This document shows positions 58,836-64,000 of a stretch of 64,000 bases of DNA, in pieces. This DNA comes from Candidatus Kapaibacterium sp. (GTDB taxonomy: Bacteria; Bacteroidota; Ignavibacteria; Kapaibacteriales; NICIL-2), in NCBI GenBank assembly GCA_046297095.1, contig JBKCNS010000022.1, positions 23,756 through 87,755 on the forward strand. Reading direction: 5' to 3'. Position 1 is the first letter of the stretch; each line of letters opens with the position of its first letter. The notes beneath the pieces were generated by a model. It searched no databases. It had not been told where the DNA came from and saw only the letters and a program-made list of their open reading frames with translations. A program made the translations under genes and the position numbers.

Positions 58836-59246
58836 ATGACTACTCCTGCCAAAACCATCGTTCACCGATATCCGTATCGAGTTCGCTACGCAGATACGGA
58901 CACCATGCACTACATGTATAATGGCCAGTATCTTACCCTCTTCGAAATTGGAAGAACGGAGTTATTACGCTCTATAGGGTTGCCGTATTCGGAGCTTGAG
59001 AGAAGCGGTTTTTTACTGCCGGTAATGGAAGCCCACGTGCAGTATAAGCAGCCGGCCTTTTACGACGATGATTTAACAATCGAGACCACCTTCACCGGGG
59101 AGCGGTCGGCCTCTATAACTATGCACTATCGTATATTGCGCGGCGACGAACTTATCGCCCAAGGAAGCACCAAGCACTGTTTTGTGGACGCCGAAAAGCG
59201 TGTCCCGGTGCGGCCTCCAAGTGAGTTTGTGCGAATGGTGTCGTAG
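58836..59246 (+). CDS. YbgC/FadM family acyl-CoA thioesterase
   Basis: RVRYADTD.M...YN..Y...FE.GRTE hot-dog fold motif. Confidence 0.9.
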   Translation: MTTPAKTIVHRYPYRVRYADTDTMHYMYNGQYLTLFEIGRTELLRSIGLPYSELERSGFLLPVMEAHVQYKQPAFYDDDLTIETTFTGERSASITMHYRILRGDELIAQGSTKHCFVDAEKRVPVRPPSEFVRMVS

Positions 59247-59346
59247 TTGTTTTCTTTTCGGGCAGCCCGGCAGTTTTCTCTGTTTCATGATTCCGCTTTT
59301 GATGAATCTTCTTTACAGCGTATTTACATTTTTCTCTGTATCCGTG

Positions 59347-60294
59347 ATGAAACGTAGCGCTGTGTTCGTTGTGTTGCTTGCCTTAACGTTACAGGTTGGT
59401 GCCCAAACCTATTCTCCCTATCAGTTTTTGCGTGTGAATACCTCAGCCCGTGCAGCTGCTTTGGCCGAGGCCACGGTTGCGTCTGTCGAGGACACCACGT
59501 ACAACATGCTCAACCCCGCGAGCGGTTTCTTTACACCGGCGGGTAAGTTTTCTGCCACCTTCATTAAACACGTGGCCGACATCAACGGCGGCGTGGCGGG
59601 CTACACGATGGAGTCCGTAAAGAAGGCCAAATTGACCTTCTTTGCATCGTATATGTCGTTGGGAAGTTTCGAGGGTCGCGATGCATTTGGCAATGCCACC
59701 GGGCGTACACTCACAGCGGGAGCGCTCTCGATGAATGCAATGTATTCACAGGAGATTGATAGCGGTTTTCATGCAGGTGTGGGAGTGAATCTCATCTCTG
59801 CGCAATATCCCGATGTGCAGTCCACCGGTATAGCCTTGAGCGGCGGTTTACTGTATCACATACCCAATTCCCGATGGAACATGGGGTTGAGCATTCTCAA
59901 TGTAGGAACACAACTCAGCAAGGTGGGCAACAACTCCGAGCCGCTTCCTACGGATGTGCGCCTGGGTGCAACACATCGCTTGCGCGGACTGCCGTTGCTG
60001 TTCAATTTTTCGTTTCATCACTTGGCAGAGCGCAATGTTGCTCTGTTCGACGGCTTCAAGAATTTCTCCGTTGGCGGCGAGTTCTACTTGGGAAAAGTTC
60101 TTCAGCTTCGCATTGGATATAACAATACGCTACGCAGGGCCTCGTCCTTCCCGGTGAGTTCTCGCTTTGCCGGAATCAGCGTGGGCGCAGGAATTATTAC
60201 GAAAAAGATTAATCTGGACTATGCCGTGACGAATATGATGAGTGGTGTGATGGTACACCGGCTCAGTATTCAGGCATCAGTAGATTCGTTGTAG
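59347..60294 (+). CDS. PorQ/PorV family outer-membrane beta-barrel (type IX secretion associated)
   Basis: signal peptide, YQFL....SARAAAL, NPA, N.GTQ, LP..VRLG, LRIGYN, DYA. Confidence 0.72.
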   Translation: MKRSAVFVVLLALTLQVGAQTYSPYQFLRVNTSARAAALAEATVASVEDTTYNMLNPASGFFTPAGKFSATFIKHVADINGGVAGYTMESVKKAKLTFFASYMSLGSFEGRDAFGNATGRTLTAGALSMNAMYSQEIDSGFHAGVGVNLISAQYPDVQSTGIALSGGLLYHIPNSRWNMGLSILNVGTQLSKVGNNSEPLPTDVRLGATHRLRGLPLLFNFSFHHLAERNVALFDGFKNFSVGGEFYLGKVLQLRIGYNNTLRRASSFPVSSRFAGISVGAGIITKKINLDYAVTNMMSGVMVHRLSIQASVDSL

Positions 60295-60534
60295 CTTATA
60301 TCCTGTGCTCTTCAGCCGATAATGGTACAGGATAGGGACGGTGCATCACATCCGCTCACCTGTGCCTTCGGCGGGTGTCGGTAACAGGTGCTGGCGCAAT
60401 TTTCGAAAAAGAGCAGTAAATTGCCGTCCGAAAGGCGGCCGTGGCCGTAGATAGTGTGTGATACGTGTACGACGCGCGTATGTCATACAAGTAATTAGCT
60501 AACAGGATGTCCAATTTCATTTACAGGAGATAGT

Positions 60535-60963
60535 ATGGTAAGACTACTTACCCGAACAGCGTTGATCGTGTGTGCACTTGTTGTAGCAGCACCCGTTGTA
60601 ACCCGCGCTCAAGCGCCTGCCAAGCAACAAGAGGCAGACAAAAAGCCCCAAACCGTTAAGCCCCAAATGACACTTGGCGATTTGGCATTTACCCTTCAAA
60701 CGCTCGCAACGGTAAATATCACCGGAGCTGAAGTTGAAGCGTATGTGGATGTAAAGAACACCTTCATGAAAGTGTTCGAACAAGCACAAAAGGACCAGAA
60801 GAAGGAAAGCGATACGGTATCCATCGAGATGACCATTCTTACAGCAAACAATTTCTTGGAATTGTTCAAGCGCGCAAACCTTCAAGGTGCAGCAGCAGAA
60901 CGCTTCCTTGCGGTAAAGAATGCGCTGTATGCATCAGCTCCGCAACAACCGGCAGGAAAGTAA
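60535..60963 (+). CDS. hypothetical secreted helical protein
   Basis: signal peptide ending TRA-Q, AGGAGA before the ATG, own terminator. Confidence 0.8.
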   Translation: MVRLLTRTALIVCALVVAAPVVTRAQAPAKQQEADKKPQTVKPQMTLGDLAFTLQTLATVNITGAEVEAYVDVKNTFMKVFEQAQKDQKKESDTVSIEMTILTANNFLELFKRANLQGAAAERFLAVKNALYASAPQQPAGK

Positions 60964-61019
60964 TCTCAGGCGGGGCAATCCCTGCTCTGAATGAACACGT
61001 GATGGTCGCACATGTAATG

Positions 61020-61055
61020 AACGCCATTGGCCCGAGCCGGTGGCGTTTTTCTTTT
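61020..61055 (+). terminator. intrinsic terminator
   Basis: 12-bp stem aacgccattggc-ccga-gccggtggcgtt then tttctttt. Confidence 0.8.
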
Positions 61056-61113
61056 GTGTCCATGCCTTACATGAGAGGAAGAGTGAAGAAGAGCCACGCG
61101 TTTGTGGATGGCT

Positions 61114-61965
61114 CTATGCGCGAGCACGGGAAAAGCGGGTAACAAGAAGAACGCACACAAGCACCACCGCCGCGCTAATACCCAGCAAGGTGTTCACCGG
61201 CACTGCCACGGGCAGAATCCACAGCTGCTGCACCTGAGGCGCAATCAAACTCATTGCCGCCACGCCACTGCCGATACCAATTACCGATACCAGCAGATTG
61301 CGCCAGAAAAATGAACGCAACGCAAAGAATTTTGTGGCACCCATGAAATCGAAAAGTGCAAGGTCGTCGGGGGTGAGATACAACGCCGAGCGCAAGGCCG
61401 ACGACAACAACAGAAGGATGCATAGCCCGCACAACACGCACACTACGCTCACACGTCCAACTATAGATGACTGCATCTCTAACACAGATCTAAGCACATC
61501 GGATGGATAGGTTACTTCATCGGGCACTACAAGCAGAGCCGAGCATTGCCGGTATACGGTCATAAAGCTCTCTGCATTGATTGATCCTTGAATAAGCCGC
61601 ACGCGCAAGGTATGAGAAAAGGGATTCTCCGGAACAACTTCCGATATCTCCACTCCGTAGCGCTGAGTAAACTCGCGTTGCCACATTTCGGGCGTGATCA
61701 CTTGAACTTCCGCTACCGGCCAGACCGATCGCAGAGTGTTGGCTGCGCGGTATGCCGAAGCCGCATCCTCCATAGGGTTCAGCACCACCGATATCAGCAG
61801 CTCGCTTTCCTTTTCCCGAAGGGCACTCCAGGAGCGTTCGTAAAACCACATGGCGCCGAAGGCAACAGCCACGCACACTGCAGTAACGAGCGCAAGCCGA
61901 ATCGAGGTGAACGGTGATGAAACAAAACTACGCCAACCTATAGACCAATGAAACGATCGTGCCAT
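61114..61965 (-). CDS. ftsX: FtsX-like permease
   Basis: TM1, periplasmic domain (V.EV..IT.E...F...G......ENP....V), three further TM helices with MGAT..F motif; divergent. Confidence 0.6.
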   Translation of the reverse strand: MARSFHWSIGWRSFVSSPFTSIRLALVTAVCVAVAFGAMWFYERSWSALREKESELLISVVLNPMEDAASAYRAANTLRSVWPVAEVQVITPEMWQREFTQRYGVEISEVVPENPFSHTLRVRLIQGSINAESFMTVYRQCSALLVVPDEVTYPSDVLRSVLEMQSSIVGRVSVVCVLCGLCILLLLSSALRSALYLTPDDLALFDFMGATKFFALRSFFWRNLLVSVIGIGSGVAAMSLIAPQVQQLWILPVAVPVNTLLGISAAVVLVCVLLVTRFSRARA

Positions 61966-62068
61966 GAATGATGTGATTGCTGAGATTCTGCGATTAGATG
62001 ATTCGATGATTCTATAAATACTGACGTACTGAGCTCCTGCATATCAGCGGGCGGCGTCATGAGCATCT

Positions 62069-63376
62069 CTACACATCCGTGCGGTTTCGTCTGGATTGCA
62101 GAGCGGCCATTGCGTCAGGTACTGTGCGGAACAACTGCGACATTCGGAAATGCAGGTCGGCTCGCACACTGAAGATAAGCAGCACTGCGAAGGTAACAGT
62201 GTACGTGACTACTCCCAGGGAAATCAGTTCCTCGGCATGAGCCATGCCGGTGAAGATGAAGGTGGCAATACCTACCAGAGAACTAAATAGCACCATGCCA
62301 AGAAGCTTCCACACTTTGTGTAACGCAAGGTCTACCGACTGCAGAATAAACAGCGGCAAGAACACGGCTCCCAGTATCATCACATTGAACTGGCGCACGA
62401 CCGGGGCATACTGGGGACCCAAAAACTGAACGATGAGACTTGTGCCGCCAAACTCCAAAATCAATACGCCGGGTACAGTGATGACAACTAAAAGAGAAAT
62501 AGCCTTAGAGAACACCGTGATAATCTGGTCTTTACGATCCGTTGCCAACAATTTTACCGCTGTAGGATACATGAGTGCAATACCGGCATCCGTGACGGTT
62601 TCGAACAATCTATACAGCATCTTCGTGGAGTTGTACACGCCGGCAGCAGCGGTACCGAAGAATGGCTGCACCAAGAAGACATCGAGCTGGCGAATGGAGT
62701 GATTCACTGCCATCATTAATGCCTGCGGTAGTCCAAAGTGCAGTATCTGAGCCACCTTCAGGGTGCCCACACGGCGAAACACCAACACATCTTTGGCACA
62801 AATAAGTGCCACCACAGAGCTTGCCGCTACTCCACCAAGCGCAATCACTTTCATGTCTTCATACGAGTTAAACTCGCCGCGCAGCATTATCGTTGCGGTG
62901 ATTGCTCCCATACCTGCAAACCAAGCCAGATCCACAAGAAACACATCGCGCATGCGAAGATCGCGCATCAGAAGCTTCAGCCCCATTGCTCTGGGTAATG
63001 TGAGCAACACAAACAGTGGCAAGGTATCGGCTATGTCCGCAAAGCGTGGTTCGTTGAAAAGCATGGCTAATGGCGATTGAAACACCATCACTGCCAGCGA
63101 GATTCCCAGGGCAATACACAGCAAAAAGATCAGCGTCAGGTAATTCACCCGCCCGCGGTCTTCAGGGTCTACACCGAATTGAATAATAGACTGTAGAGCA
63201 GAGCCATCGCAAATGATGAAAATCCACGTCTGCAAAGTAACAAGCTGCGCAGCCAATCCCCATTCCTCCGGTGCAAGAAGGCGAATCTGCAGAAGCGTCA
63301 CGAATCCGTATGCGATAAACAGTACTTTATCGAGTGCGGTCCACGAGAGTTTAGAGAGGTGATGTCGGAAATCCAC
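62069..63376 (-). CDS. polysaccharide flippase (Wzx/MOP family)
   Basis: R.L.PEEWG, LDVFLV, AAGVYN, about 12 TM helices; probable GTG start at 63376. Confidence 0.78.
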   Translation of the reverse strand: MDFRHHLSKLSWTALDKVLFIAYGFVTLLQIRLLAPEEWGLAAQLVTLQTWIFIICDGSALQSIIQFGVDPEDRGRVNYLTLIFLLCIALGISLAVMVFQSPLAMLFNEPRFADIADTLPLFVLLTLPRAMGLKLLMRDLRMRDVFLVDLAWFAGMGAITATIMLRGEFNSYEDMKVIALGGVAASSVVALICAKDVLVFRRVGTLKVAQILHFGLPQALMMAVNHSIRQLDVFLVQPFFGTAAAGVYNSTKMLYRLFETVTDAGIALMYPTAVKLLATDRKDQIITVFSKAISLLVVITVPGVLILEFGGTSLIVQFLGPQYAPVVRQFNVMILGAVFLPLFILQSVDLALHKVWKLLGMVLFSSLVGIATFIFTGMAHAEELISLGVVTYTVTFAVLLIFSVRADLHFRMSQLFRTVPDAMAALQSRRNRTDV

Positions 63377-63384
63377 GATGCGTG

Positions 63385-63440
63385 CTGATGATGCGAACTG
63401 ATGATGCGAACTGATGATGCAAACTGATGATGCGAACTGA
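63385..63440. repeat. tandem repeat, 4 x 13 bp (ctgatgatgcgaa)
   Basis: three perfect copies plus one with a single change, just upstream of the flippase start. Confidence 0.92.
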
Positions 63441-63491
63441 CGTTCTATGCTGAGCTTATGTTCAGATGCTGCGCTGCAATTTACGGGTGAC

Positions 63492-64000
63492 TTATTTCTC
63501 TGCAATTATGCAGCGTAACTCGTGCTGTGCTTTGTCCATGCTAAAGGCCAATCGCCGAGTTGGAACACACACGCCGTATTCGGGTGAATACAATACTTCA
63601 TCGATGCGCACTACCGGGCCGGTTCCATGCAGATCTACCACCGTTGCGCCGCGGGAACAGCGCGCATGAGCAGGGCCAATCAGCTCAACATGTGCATCGG
63701 GATGGCAAATCATGTGTATCACCTTGTCATCCTGCGTGTCGCAATGATCCTCAATGACAATTCCTTGATTATGGAAGTGCACTGTGCGCGTATGATCAGG
63801 CCCGAAGGCAGAGTGCCGGCCTTTCCACGTGTGCGTGTCCGCGTGGAGTATGGTTGCTTTGGATGTGTTGCTTTGAATCCAGAATAATCCCTCGCGAAGA
63901 TCCTGAGGCAAACGGCTTTGTTCCCGCGTGCCTACACTCAGGGTGTTGTGCATTGATGTTGTACGAAAGGTGTTTCGTTTCAGCGGAAGTGCCGTGTACA
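63492..64000 (-). CDS. heparinase II/III-like protein, C-terminal part (5' end outside the window)
   Basis: frame open to the window edge, reading YT....RNTFRTTSMHNTL.V...EQS; later H.R.V, I.D, YSPEYG. Confidence 0.65.
   Translation of the reverse strand, partial: YTALPLKRNTFRTTSMHNTLSVGTREQSRLPQDLREGLFWIQSNTSKATILHADTHTWKGRHSAFGPDHTRTVHFHNQGIVIEDHCDTQDDKVIHMICHPDAHVELIGPAHARCSRGATVVDLHGTGPVVRIDEVLYSPEYGVCVPTRRLAFSMDKAQHELRCIIAEK

Noticed and set aside
63385-63440. ctgatgatgcgaa array containing box C/D-like TGATGA and CTGA, considered as a guide-RNA (TIGR-like) or CRISPR array
   Set aside because: Units are contiguous near-identical 13-mers with no variable spacers, and no Nop-domain or cas gene is nearby.

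Overview
Core chromosomal segment with no integrase, transposase, phage gene, CRISPR array or rRNA. It comes from a diderm bacterium of the Bacteroidota/Chlorobi (FCB) group. The evidence is Bacteroidota-type TAnnTTTG promoter elements ahead of many genes, a PorQ/PorV-like barrel, a TonB-dependent receptor and kdsB; a Kapabacteria/Ignavibacteria-like lineage is my guess. It holds about 54 mostly housekeeping CDSs (rocF, pntB, cdsA, dusB, tilS, hpt, nuoL, tig, rluB, Fe/Mn SOD, ftsE, dapB, proS, kdsB, gcvT, rfbC, pdxB, parA/parB, FtsX-like, three flippases) and tRNA-Leu(TAG). I see no clear new multi-gene system. The best leads are: (1) TilS fused to a ~475-aa modular disordered N-terminus; (2) a ~225-nt multi-stem element closed by a 12/13-bp inverted repeat and preceded by seven 11-bp units, between tRNA-Leu and tig; (3) an apparently leaderless small ORF ending in IFHPPRA upstream of a TonB-dependent receptor, a candidate arrest-peptide regulator; (4) four DnaA-box-like 9-mers at 11-bp phase on the nudix-parAB promoter; (5) many unrelated 7-16-bp tandem duplications at gene ends and inside proteins; (6) a haloperoxidase-fold lipoprotein that has lost its catalytic residues; (7) broken-up operons (pntB, nuoL, ftsE/ftsX and tig without their usual partners). 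All RNA folds were paired by eye. Start codons were adjusted by hand where the ORF track looked over-extended.
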